A stretch of DNA of 58,540 bases, counting the filler, from Perkinsus olseni (taxonomy: Eukaryota), in assembly GCA_013115125.1 (NCBI GenBank). It is 3 parts of 3 records of this genome, joined end to end, with 100 filler letters (N's around TTAATTAATTAA, not from the genome) between each part and the next. Parts side by side here need not be neighbours in the genome. Positions count along the whole stretch, not along the records: positions 19,624 to 39,143 come from JABANN010000598.1; positions 39,244 to 58,540 come from JABANN010000600.1; 1 more part is not named here. One strand, written 5' to 3'. The notes below the pieces were generated by a model that saw nothing but the letters and a program-made list of their open reading frames with translations, ran no database searches and had not been told where the DNA came from. The position numbers and the translations under genes were made by a program. Positions 36,074 through 47,600 of this stretch are shown here, piece by piece. Position 1 is the first letter of the stretch; each line of letters begins with the position of its first letter.

Positions 36074-38297
36074 CACAGCTAGACAGTAACTGGTACTTAC
36101 AATAATTAATAGCTACTATCTTGCTGCGGGAAAATCATTAAATTATTCCTGTACGGATAAAGCGAGTCACAGGACAAGGGACTTTAGAGAGGGCTAGGCT
36201 GTCCGCCGGAAGTTGAACGCTTCATCTCGACGAACTCGAGAACGTATCATGATTGGTGGAATTCTGAGATTCTTCTTAACTCCAATCCCAAGTGGCGCGA
36301 CTATCTAGCGAGGTCGCCGAGTTGATTTGGGGTTCAATATTCGAGCTTCTGCACGACTGTTCAATTACACGCTAGCCTCAGATGGGTTAGTTTATACTAT
36401 AAAGTTGTTGGTGACACCAACAACTCGAGCAAGCAGCCAAGGAGACAGACGGCGCCCGCGAGAAGCACTGCCCGATCAGTCATGGGCAGCATAGACACCA
36501 TTCCTCATCACTTCCTTGCGCAGATCGGATACCGTCGTGATTCCCGACTTGAAACTACAATGTAGTTTCTCCCGCGGTATGGAAAATACATCTCACATGG
36601 CAAAATTCACATTTGGAAGGTGGAAAACGCGATTGACAATGTGAATTTCACGGGAAATTCACATCCCATTTTTCGCACTAAAACTGTTTTTCCGCGAAGT
36701 TCTCAACGTGTTTTCGCGAAATACTCGACATGTTTTTCGCGAAATGGCCTCCATTGCCAAGAAGTGCGGTCAAAAATCCGAGCTTTTTTCAGAGGTCGGA
36801 AGTCGTATTACGCGGCTCCGAGCTAGGCCATTCCTCGACGTTCGATTAAAGTGTTGGGCTCTCCGAGTTCCGAGTTCGAAAAACTTTCAGAGTCTTTCGA
36901 CTATCGGAAATCCTGAGCCGAGCTCGGAAAACCCACAAAACCACTCGCCAATAACAAGCGCTCACTGAGTGAGCCTCACTCGTAAAAAAGCGTCGAGTCT
37001 TCACCACGAAACCCCGAAAGGAAGAAACGCTTCTCGCACGCAAGGATTCGCGGCGTTCCACTCTCTCCGAGTTACTCAGAAAACAACTAAATATTGAGTG
37101 TTTCCGAGATCGAGCTGATATCAGGGGTGAGCACTTTTATGCGGGGAAAGTGACTCGGTCCGAGTTCTCAGGTGAAGGTCTGGGGAAATAGCCTTTTCCG
37201 AGGGATTGCACTTCATTCTATGGACTCTCGGATTGGGATCTGTAAGGCTCGGAACTCGTTCACCGAGTACTTGGACTCGGAACTCGGAACGCCCAATCAC
37301 CTCAATCGGCTCCTGAAGAGACCACAACTATCACAGTTGAACTGCGGATAAGACGAACCGCAGACCTTTGCAAGACTTGCATTCTACGACAGCTTCGGAT
37401 ATCTCCGTTCGTTTCGCCCTAATGAAACGCTCCTAATGGCGGCCATCCTCAGTTGCTCGACGACGGATATATGAACTGCTCGGATCATCGTTATTGTACT
37501 GTCACTATGCTGGTTGGACTTACCGGTGTTTTAACCGACTATGCAGTTGAGACCCCGGTTGCTGTTGTGCCTGTAGTCAGTCTGTCTGTTGCTCTACAGT
37601 CAGCACTGTGTTGACATTGTCAACACAGGTCTATAAACTTTATAGTTCAACGCCGGTCGTATCGGTCCAGTATTCACCAATGATATTCCCGGTTCGTATG
37701 GGCTGAGTACACGTACCGGTGTAAAGTGATCATCAGATGGGTTATCAAAAGTCCTGTTCGAGCCCGCAAGTTTTGTTCGAGGACAGCAGACAGCAGTGGA
37801 CGGCAATGGAGAGGGGGGCGACGGGACGCATTGAATGGAAGTGATTCACACTACATCATTTCCCTCTTCAGTTCTCGGCTTGGTGGGCCACCGCACTTCT
37901 GCTGCTCCACGAAAGAGGGTTTATGCATTGTACTGAATAGCTTGCCTGGAATAATCCGTCGAGAGCCGCGTTTGAGTACTTCAGATCATCCATGAATTGC
38001 AGGAAGTAGCGCACAGAAGGATCGACTTAGTCGAATCAATCTCAATACACAACACATTCAGACGACGGAGAAGGAAAATATAGCAGCCCAAAGGCCCAGT
38101 GTCACTTGGCGACACTAACTGGATTAGACTAAATGGACTCGTTGATGCTTTGGCCAGGAGGACACTTCAAAAGTGACCCGAACGCCTATTGTATTGTCGG
38201 GCCAGACCCTAGGTGGAAAGAAGACGAGTACCTGATTGAGGTGAAGTAAGAGCAGGATATCGCTGTTCTTGCCCTACATGGTTATCCAGCCCTACAC

Positions 38298-38498
38298 TTA
38301 GCAGTCACAACAATACATATACCATCCTGACGGCACAGCGCAGCAGCGGCAGGTCGGGCTTGGGCAGGGGTCGGGGCATCCAGTGCCCAACAGCTCGTCA
38401 TTCTGGACTACGACCTCGTTGAAAGAAGGTTCCTCTTTTATACTTGAGCACTGCAAGAAGCAGTACACGGCGAGGAAGAGTCCAGCAAAGTAGCGCAT
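38298..38498 (-). CDS. Small secreted Cys-rich peptide precursor (signal, acidic pro region, 8-Cys mature peptide)
   Basis: MRYFAGLFLAVYCFLQCSS | IKEEPSFNEVVVQNDELLGTG | CPDPCPSPTCRCCAVPSGWYMYCCDC*. Confidence 0.72.
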   Translation of the reverse strand: MRYFAGLFLAVYCFLQCSSIKEEPSFNEVVVQNDELLGTGCPDPCPSPTCRCCAVPSGWYMYCCDC

Positions 38499-38944
38499 TG
38501 ACGACGAAAGAATTCTCCAAAAGAATCAGCGCTGCGAGAGATCCTGCGCGCACTGCGGTGGCAACCAGGCTACGGCGAGTTTTCTCAAAACTGAGGCTTT
38601 CCTTGCGCGCAGTACACGGGTCACGGTGACCGTCATTCAGCACGCTAGCCGCTAGCTTAGACTCTCGTCACTTGATTAGGGTCATGGTGTACAAGTTGTA
38701 CAGTACAACGTAGTGCATTGTACAGTGTACACCATAACCCTCATTGAATGCATACTGTGCATGTTACATGTCCCGAGCGCACTTAGGTTTCCTTGGGAAT
38801 CGCCGTACCAAATGAACACATCTCATGCAATCTTACCGCGGAGGACAGCCAGAATGCTTGATTCTAGAGAAGATAGCGAGAGAGACATCCCGACAGTGAC
38901 GCTCCACGGCAGTTACTTACGACGGTTGCGACGGTATATGGCAG

Positions 38945-39143
38945 CTATATGGGGCCCCCATATAGGCTACGGCCCCCCCTATCCCCCCATATAGGCTACG
39001 GCCCCCCCTATCCCCCCATATAGGCTACGGCCCCCCCATATAGGCTACGGCCCCCTATATAGGCTACGGCCCCCCCATATAGGCTACGGCCCCCCCTATC
39101 CCCCCATATAGGCTACGGCCCCCCCATATAGGCTACGGCCCCC
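38945..39143. repeat. C-rich minisatellite (19-20 bp unit with 29-bp variant), 8 copies, running into contig end
   Basis: Core ATAGGCTACGG flanked by C-runs; the variant unit carries an extra CTATCCCCCC. The array starts with the palindrome CTATATGGGG-C-CCCCATATAG. Confidence 0.95.
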
Positions 39144-39243
39144 NNNNNNNNNNNNNNNNNNNNNNNNNNNNNNNNNNNNNNNNNNNNTTAATTAATTAAN
39201 NNNNNNNNNNNNNNNNNNNNNNNNNNNNNNNNNNNNNNNNNNN
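39144..39243. other. Artificial contig-joining spacer N44-TTAATTAATTAA-N44
   Basis: Same 100-nt construct as 19524-19623. Confidence 0.97.
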
Positions 39244-39597
39244 GGCTTTATTAAATTGCTCTGGGGTTTTACTAATTTGGGCTGGGGTTTTACTAAGTAG
39301 GTCTGGAAATGGTGTAATAGTACATAGTAATTTACTATACAACTCTGTATACGGTGCTACAATCACGCTCAACCATTGTACCCTGGTTGCTCTGCTACAG
39401 AAAACATGCACGTATGCAGACAATTGTGAGTTTTCTCGTATTTCTTGGTGATTTTGTTGAGCTCAACTAAATTGGTCTTTCATGAAATTAAGTAGCTCTG
39501 GGTTTATACTAATTTGGTTTGGGCTTCAATAAATTGCTTTGGGGTTATACTAATTTGGTCTGGGCTTTATTAAATTGATCTGGGGGTTTACTAATTT
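39244..39597. repeat. Degenerate 21-bp AT-rich minisatellite blocks at contig start
   Basis: Units like GGGGTTTTACTAATTTGGGCT and GGGCTTTATTAAATTGCTCTG at 39244-39305 and ~39497-39597. Confidence 0.75.
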
Positions 39598-40219
39598 TCT
39601 CTTGAAATGGTGCAGTTGTAATCGATCACTGGATGATAACTGATCAACCTGGTCTAAGGAGGTTCACCACGTACCATCTATGTAGGAAGAAGAATGACGG
39701 TAGGCATTCGCTGTTTACAGCGCGTACGTGAAACTGTCAGACTTCTACCGCTGGGCCACGGTGGTTCTTCCTCTCGACCTACCAGAACTGTTCCACTCCG
39801 ACTCTTCGGCATACGCTGCTGGGTTGGAGAACGACCACTATCTGTCTTCTCATCGCAACGTGGCATCGACCTTTGCGTTACATGGCAGGGAGCACTGCCC
39901 CCGGGACACTTATATTCGCAATGAAGACGGTCTCCTTCAAGCAGGTCGACGTAGCGTCCTCGTTCATCAGGAGAAGGTCGCAGTCCATGACCACACATCG
40001 TCCGGATTCTCCTGTCTAAGGGTGAGGCTTCGCCGTCGGGGTCCGCGTATTAGCAGGCTTAGCATGCAAATCTCGACCTTGATTATCCTAGTAACATGAA
40101 TATTAAGATTTTGATTTCTCTGTTGGAACGATGAAAGTTTGAACGTTGGCTACGCGATTAGGACAAGTCCAGAATGAAGGCAAAATGTTGGGACGGAGGC
40201 TTGAACCTCCGCGTGAAAC

Positions 40220-40327
40220 GTGTGTGTGAGTTTATAGTCCAACGCCTACGGTTCCGGCTTAGTTAGACTCTTGCCAATGCGCACAGTTGGAGACTTTCTG
40301 TAGCACTGACATGCGGTGCAATCAGAC
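40220..40327. repeat. Copy A of a ~110-bp dispersed repeat
   Basis: GTGTGAGTTTATAGTCCAACGC..TTAGACTC..CTTTCTGTAGCACTGACATGCGGTGCAATCAGAC aligns with 56286-56395 and, inverted, with 58171-58284. Confidence 0.8.
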
Positions 40328-41640
40328 AGATTGCCGAGAAGCTATTCTCAGGGGTACATTCAACCAGAGTGGCTTCCTTTCCTCCTGGCAGGATCCGCTT
40401 ACATATCCGGCGGGATGTGCCCACGACGGTCACACAAAGCCTCGCCCCGGTGTACCACGATAAGCATCATCTCCAGGACTCGAAAAGTCCGCCAATCAAC
40501 TTGTTTTCCCCCCGTTCAGTTAGCGTGAAATGTACTCACTGGCTTGTTCGCCGATCCCAAATGTCAGACGAACCGAACACGCGGCGTGGTTGGTTTAGTT
40601 CAATCTGCAGCGAAGAATGTTATTTAAGTTGGCTATAAGCGGTCTTGTGGATTCTTGTGAGAGGCATGAAACGCCTCCGGGAAGTGCTTTCATCATAGAA
40701 AGTTAGCCTTGTGTGTTCTCGCCTTGCACCCGCCTTGCACCAGCCGTCATCGGCCCTCAGTGTGCTTCATACACTGAGGACACCCTACAACTAGAGAGGC
40801 CCATCTCAGCTCGTCTGATGAACCCAAGTCCCTACGGCGTGAACATACTAACGGAGTAGCATTGGGAAAGCTTTGTGGCTTCTGCACCGCGGGGTGGCCC
40901 TGAATACCCTTTAAATTAGGCGAGGCCATTTCGACTTAGCATTTCTGACCACGCTCTCCGTTCTCGCACATTAGACGGTTTGATTTGTGAGCTACACGGC
41001 TGGCGGTGGTCCACATCATCATAGGATATTTCTCACAAATCCGATATCGCGGCAATGATGGTGGACTCGAAGATTTTTCTTAAGAACGTTATGTATCATA
41101 ACATAACAGTAGCAGTAGCGAAGCAGGAGTGTACTCTTGCAATTGAATGGCTCTTGCTGACGGGCGGTTTCATTTGCCTGACCAGTTGTCGAGGTTGATA
41201 GAGGTTTGACCGATGACTCGTATGCTTTACCATGTTCGGCGTGTAAGATTCCATTTCCACTCAGCCGACGTCGTTTAATGCGTACAGTGCCCTGCTCGGG
41301 CTTCACTCTGGTACTGCGTGACGCCTTCTCAGTTCCTTAACCTCTTACACCTTTCCATCTGAAGAAAGAGGCAGGCGTTAACGGATTCTGAGAGCGGTGA
41401 TCAGCACGCAAGCGCGTAGCTTTCATTGCCGACTCAGTCGACTCGACTGAGACCGTCTGCCCAACTGCGGACAACAAGTTGTGTTTCCCGATCCAATCTC
41501 CGGGTTGTAGCCGACAATCCGGTGAAAAGATCAGAAACTTGGACGACATTAACAGTTTTTGGTTGCCATTATCGTCGTGGATGGTCGATTTCTGATCTTC
41601 GGGCGATTGTAATCAGTTTGTTCGTCTGACCACTGATTTC

Positions 41641-44600
41641 ATGTCTAAGAGCCCCGATCGGAAAGCTTCGAGATACACCACTCTTAATCGAGGCACGACC
41701 CGGCATTTTGCCGACCACTCGGAGGGATACAACCCGCTGAGCTCAACCAGCGACTTTTACCAGGATAGCCAGCTTATCCTCCCGCCGTCGCAATTGGCTG
41801 GTGCTATTCCCGGCTTCGACGGTCTCGGCGTCACCGAGGCTAAGGTCGGAGACATCCTTCTCGAGCTCCACAAGTTCCGTATAGAGCTAGCCCAGGGCAT
41901 CGCCCAGGACTTGGCGGCCCATCATGAAAGTATCGTGGATGAGATCAAGACCTTCGTGGCGAAGCTGTTCTCAAGCCTGTGTCCGTCTGGGAAGAGCTTA
42001 ACGGCCGACCCTGCAGGCCCAACGGTGACTGCACCGGCCAAGGTCGATGCTCCTCCACCTGCAGGAGACCCTGTGGTCATTCCTGTTGGCCAGGAAGTGA
42101 ATGCTGGGGCATCCGAGAAGGGCGTCGTCGCGATGCAACAGCGGACGACGCTAAGTAAGAGTGAAGAAATTCTATCGCCAAGAGCGTCGCCGAGCGAGAG
42201 GCATCTGAAGGAAGCACAAAGGAGCAGCTCTGATGCCGACAAGGTTGGCGGTTCGCCGTCCGTGTGATATTCACATTCACTCGAGTGTAGTTACCCAGCC
42301 TTCTTCCCGGAAGCCCGACGTCTGAGGAGAATGACGGGGCCGACGCCTCCGTCGCGGGCGACGTGAGAAGAGGGAAGTCATCGTCACACATGCTGATCGT
42401 GCCGCCGATGGAAATGCTTGGCACTGGCAGCGAGGTGTGGGCACTCCCCGAAACTTGCTGTTGATATTTTACCTTCAGCAGTGCTCCTCGGACTCGTCCA
42501 GTCCGGATCACCGGGAGGAGAAGGCTCAGAAGAGGTCCCCTCGAGGGAAGAAGGCCGGCAGGTTGTCCGACGGAGCCAGCCGTAAGCTTGTGTCGTTTCT
42601 TGCATGAGAAGGCTCGAGCTGGCAGTATGAGCATGATTGCACCATGCACCATCCCGCCCAGCTCTGGGTCCTCAGCCTTCCGAAACCTGAGGCCCTACCC
42701 GTCCTCGTATGGACCGCTACAATGGGAGGGCCTTTACGGTGAATGGTGGCCGAGTCAGGTTCTTCATCCGTCGACATGATGAGGGCAAAACAGTTCACAA
42801 GCTTCGACGAGACCACCCAGATGTTCCAATCAAATTTATCAGAACCTCCTCCTCCTGCTGCTGCTGTCCATAGACCTCTGGGAGGGTCCCAATCATCCCT
42901 GCCGGCCGAGGGTGGCGTGGTGGAGGGAGGACCATCGAAGTCACTTGTCGCATTCGGTCCGCCACAGGTTGTCGAGGTTGCCGAAGAAGGTGTGTTCCGT
43001 CATTCCGGATGATACACCGCATCTGTGTATTTCCTAGAAACTTTCTCGCTTCGGATTCCTGTTTAGCCTGCGTTCTCCTTCAGAGATGGATGCTAACGAA
43101 AAGCCGTTTCCGGTGAAGTCGGCGTTGGAGTCTCTGGCGGCTGCCTACACTGTGGCCCTTCAGCCAAAGCAAAGTGGGATGATGTCACACAGCGCCGATT
43201 CTATTGACTTTCAGCGACTTCAACGGGAGCATCATCTTCACGCTACGGACAGAGAGGCACTGTGAGAAGCACTGGCGGTAAATCATTGGTGAGGACATGA
43301 CAATTAACGTTGGTGGGACTTTCTCATCAGCAGGTCGACCGAGGACAGACTCTGACGCAGCTTAACGTGGAGGCCCACGCCAAGAGCCTCAGCCTGGACG
43401 ATACTTCCTCCAAGCCTGTGCTGGGTAACGCTCCCTTCGGCAGCCCTTAGGAGCGTCATCCAGCAGGTTCTGGCCGCTGGGTGGTCTATCCCGACGGCCG
43501 CTTCCGACTCACTTGGGACGTCGCGGGCCTCCTCTTCATCGTCTATCAAGGCTTCGTGGTAGGACTTTTCCGCTGTGGCCGTCCGCCTCTACAATGCCTG
43601 TCTAGGTGCCTTATACGCTCAGTTTCGAGACCGAGCTTCGGGGATTCCTGGCGGACATGGATAAGTGCATCGACCTTTACTTTATGTCTGATATCGCTCT
43701 CAACTTTGTCACTGGTTATTGGAATCGGGGGGTGAGTAGGGATGCCGATCTGGCACAGTCGGCCTGGCTCCGGCAGAGTGGATTCTTTCGTGCATGATGG
43801 GCTCATCGACGAGGGGTGGAATAGCCCTGACGCGGAAGTGAGGGTCATAGATCCTCAGAAGACTGGCATTAGAATTTGTTCAACCGCTGCGCTCATGGTG
43901 AGGTCGCTTGCCAGGTGTTGAGCCTGAAGCACCGCGATATTGCTCGCTACTACGCCCAGACTTGGCTGCTGGTTGATCTACTAGCTTCCATCCCCTTCAG
44001 TTGGTTCATAAGCCCTGGTAAGGGTACACTCGAGCTGCCATCCTCGCGGTTTTTTTCTTCTTTTTCTATCAGATACAGAGGGTCCCTCTCAGTCCGTCAG
44101 TAAGCTCCTCAGGGTCATCAGGATAGTCAAATTCATCCGTGAGATCCATACCACTTTTCGCCCTCCTCTCACTATTCTCTGTTACAGGAATAGCCCGACT
44201 GTTGCGTCTGATGCGACTAAAGACATTATTATCGAAGTTGGAGGAGCACATCGACTCTGATATCTGGCTGGCGGGCTTTACCATGACCAAGATGTTCCTC
44301 GGCCTCTTCGTGCTCAGCCACTGGATTGCGTGTATTTGGTGGTCTATCGGAGTCGCCACGGAAGGCTCCGAGACCAACTGGATAAGGGACAATGATTTGG
44401 AAAAGGAAGGCCTTCTGGCGAACAAGTAGGAATCGATCACTCGGGCGTAGCGAGATTTACTTAGGTATTTGCGATCCTTATTCTATGCTATTTCTATTGT
44501 GTCAACGATGTATGGAGATATTATCGCCTCGAATGACGGAGAAAGAATCTTCACGATGTTCGCGATGCTCGCTGCCGGGGTTATTTTCGCCGTCGTTGTT

Positions 44601-47600
44601 GGTGAGAATTTCGTGGCGCGTGACGCTAGAAGCCGACCTCCTTGCAGGTTCGGTGACTAACTTGGTGGTATCATTCGGTGAGTATAAGACAGAATATCGT
44701 CAGCGTATGAAAAGGGCTATGAGGTTCATGCGGGCCAATAATGTTGAAGTCGATCTGCAGGTGGGCCAGCGGGTGGTGGTGAGGGGTGGTCATCGTTCTT
44801 GGCGTTTATTTCTGTGCGCTGTGGTGTGTCCGCACGCATTGAACTTGTCATACCGCTTGAAATAGGAAAAGTTTTATTCTCTTTCCTTCGTGTTTTTATG
44901 AATGTCGTAGTTGATACTGCCATGGAAAATGGCCTGTTGACTTGATCTTTAGGGGCTGTGAGGAAGAGGAGGAGCCACAGGATTATTTTTCGATCAAAAT
45001 TGACGGGCCTATCGAACATTCCTCAGAGTGACCCACGCCGCGGATGGCGCTCATCGTGATACACCACAGGGTGGTCCATTTCTCAATGTTGCGCATGTCC
45101 CAGTAACGCCTTATGTCGCGCGCCACGAAATTCAAGTCCCTTTGCAGAATCCGCGGTGCAGATGCGGCTCACTGAGCCGAAGGAGCCATGCCCTCGTTTA
45201 GGTGAGGATCAGAAGATACATCGAGCATTTGCTAGACAACCAATTCGAATTCAAGGCGAAGTCCGAACTCATGACGATGGTGCCACGGTCATCGCGACTT
45301 TCCCTCCTCCCTTGCCTCGGTCTAATTTTCAGCTTTCGGACTCCCTTCAAAATGAAGTTCAACTAACACTTATGGGGAAGCTGCTAAAGAGGTGCGGTTT
45401 GCAAGGACGATTGGCCAATTCCGTTGCCGCGGCAGATATAAGTTTTTCTCGACCATCAGAGAGGAACTTGTGGGCCGTATCTGTATGATATGCAAACCGA
45501 TCTTCTGCGCTCCGGGAGATGTCGTATTCTACCAAGGCGACAGCGCGGACGGGATGTAAGGTGGACTGCCGTTTGGCAAGCGACGTCTGTGTGGGGAGTG
45601 TGAAAGATGCGTCGCAAAGCAACACCCGGCGATGAGGAGAAAACTCTTCAGCGTGACCAGTGTGGCTCGCCGCCACTGGCGCTTTCACAGCATGGGGCAG
45701 TTTTATGCTAATTGTCTGGGCTTTTGCAATGTCCTCATGTGAGGGAATGCTCGGAGAGGCCGTGACTACCTAAGCTGACGGTCTTCTGAGGGGTGAGGAA
45801 GCTTCTGTGAAAGCCTGATGGCCAGGATAAGGGTGCAGTATCTTGAGTCATCTTGCAGTCTTGGAATTTCCTCACTTTCGACAATCCAAAGTGCAGGCGG
45901 AGGAAGCCAGCACGATCATCAGTCGTCAGTAGAGCTCGCGTCCCCGCTGGTCATGCAGAGGGAGGACGAGAAAGTTTTTTTCGCTTCGCTCATGCATACC
46001 GCAACTTCCGCAACTCCCCTCACTCCTCGAGGCATTTTGAACGCGCGTGTCATCGGAAAAAGACGTTCCTCTGCGTGTGGTCCGTTCATACCCTCGTCAC
46101 AGCCAAAACAGGTATTTCGTCCGAAAGGGTGCTCTCACCATCATCACCCTAGTAGGCCCAGCCACATCGGACGCCGACTCATCAGCGGCAAAAGGCCGTT
46201 TAACGAGGTGCAAGTTGTTCACTCGTGCTTTACCTGTCCTTGCTGCGAACAGCAATGTCCCCACAGGAGGAGCATTTGATTTAGGTCGAGGTCGTTAAGT
46301 GGCGTGAGCGCTCTGGCCACCAGCCGTCGGAGCATGCTCTCGCCTACCTCGAGTTCAGCAGCCCTGCCGTGCCCCTCAGCGGCTACCAAGCTCAACACCA
46401 TTGGCCCGCAGGAATACGTGGGAGAGCATTCCCTGTTTATTGAGGTCACTCTCGAGTGCTCCCAAGTCCAATTTTCTGGCGACGCTCGCGTTTCTCAGGA
46501 AAATCACGATTCAACAGGCGTTTGCAACAGCTTCACTGAGTTGATGTACCTCAAGCGAGATGACCTCCGTGAAAAGATCTCGGCGGCGGCCGATGCACTC
46601 TCGTTCTACCTCGAAACCAAGGCCGTCATTTGCCTGGAGAAGGACCACCTGGATGTAGACGGCGTCCTGCATCTGTTAGTAATGGTGAAGTTGCAGATTC
46701 TTTACAACATGATAGACGACGATGAGGTTTCCCCTGACGCGGTCGACCATCTTCGTACGAAGGACACTCTACTGGTATTGGCGGTTCGAAGGAACATGGA
46801 TGATATTATTGAATTTCTCCTCAACTCGGACGCGTCTGTAAACGTGCTCAGTCCAGTGGACCGGTGTAATCACGCTTCGGCCGAACTGCGAGTTGACGAT
46901 GGTCTAGTTGGTCGTCAGGCACGCCGCTTCATGTCGCGACGCGAGAGTTGAACGTGAAGGCTGCCTCGATGCTCCTGACTGCCGGAGCTTGTCCACTTCT
47001 GACGGACTCCTACGGGGACACCCCGATCACCTATTCAACGGCAACCCTTCCGACCGGTGTTGTTCGCCGGAAATCGCTACTAGTGCCAGCCGGGACAGGT
47101 TAGTCTACCTGCGTTGAGGAAATCCAAGATTGCAAGATTACTTTGATCATGACTGCAGGCGCGGTGGCGTCCTTACCGGATGATCACAGCCCGAATGGCC
47201 ATTGGGCGAAAAGTCCTTTGCATTTGCCGAACTCGGCCCCGAAGATATTCAGGCGGAGGACGTCGGGGGAAGTGTCGGGCATTCAAGGTCTGATCTTGGA
47301 AGGTGGGCTCGGCCAGGGCGCTGCGTCCGTCGAATATCGTATAGTGTTAAGGCTCGATGGAGATGGATGACGAGGAGCTCCTCTCTAAAGCTCAGGAGTT
47401 GCGGAATATGTTTGCGGTTGCACTGTGCAAGTGGGTGGAGGTCCCGGGTTCGAATCCCAGCTGGACCATTTCTGATTATTTTTCTCACTGACAGACATGG
47501 AAGGCTTTATGAAGAGGACGATAACGGGCAAACTCGCGAGGAATCGGAGGAGTGAGTATCTAAGCCGGGTGCAAGTCTCGTGCGTAGTGGTTCGGTGACC

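Noticed and set aside
39196-39423. ORF with SKTP heptad repeats
   Set aside because: Translation of the 21-bp satellite running into the gap; no evidence that it is coding.
39678-40099. Overlapping 76-123 aa ORFs
   Set aside because: No domain, signal peptide or splice structure I could support.
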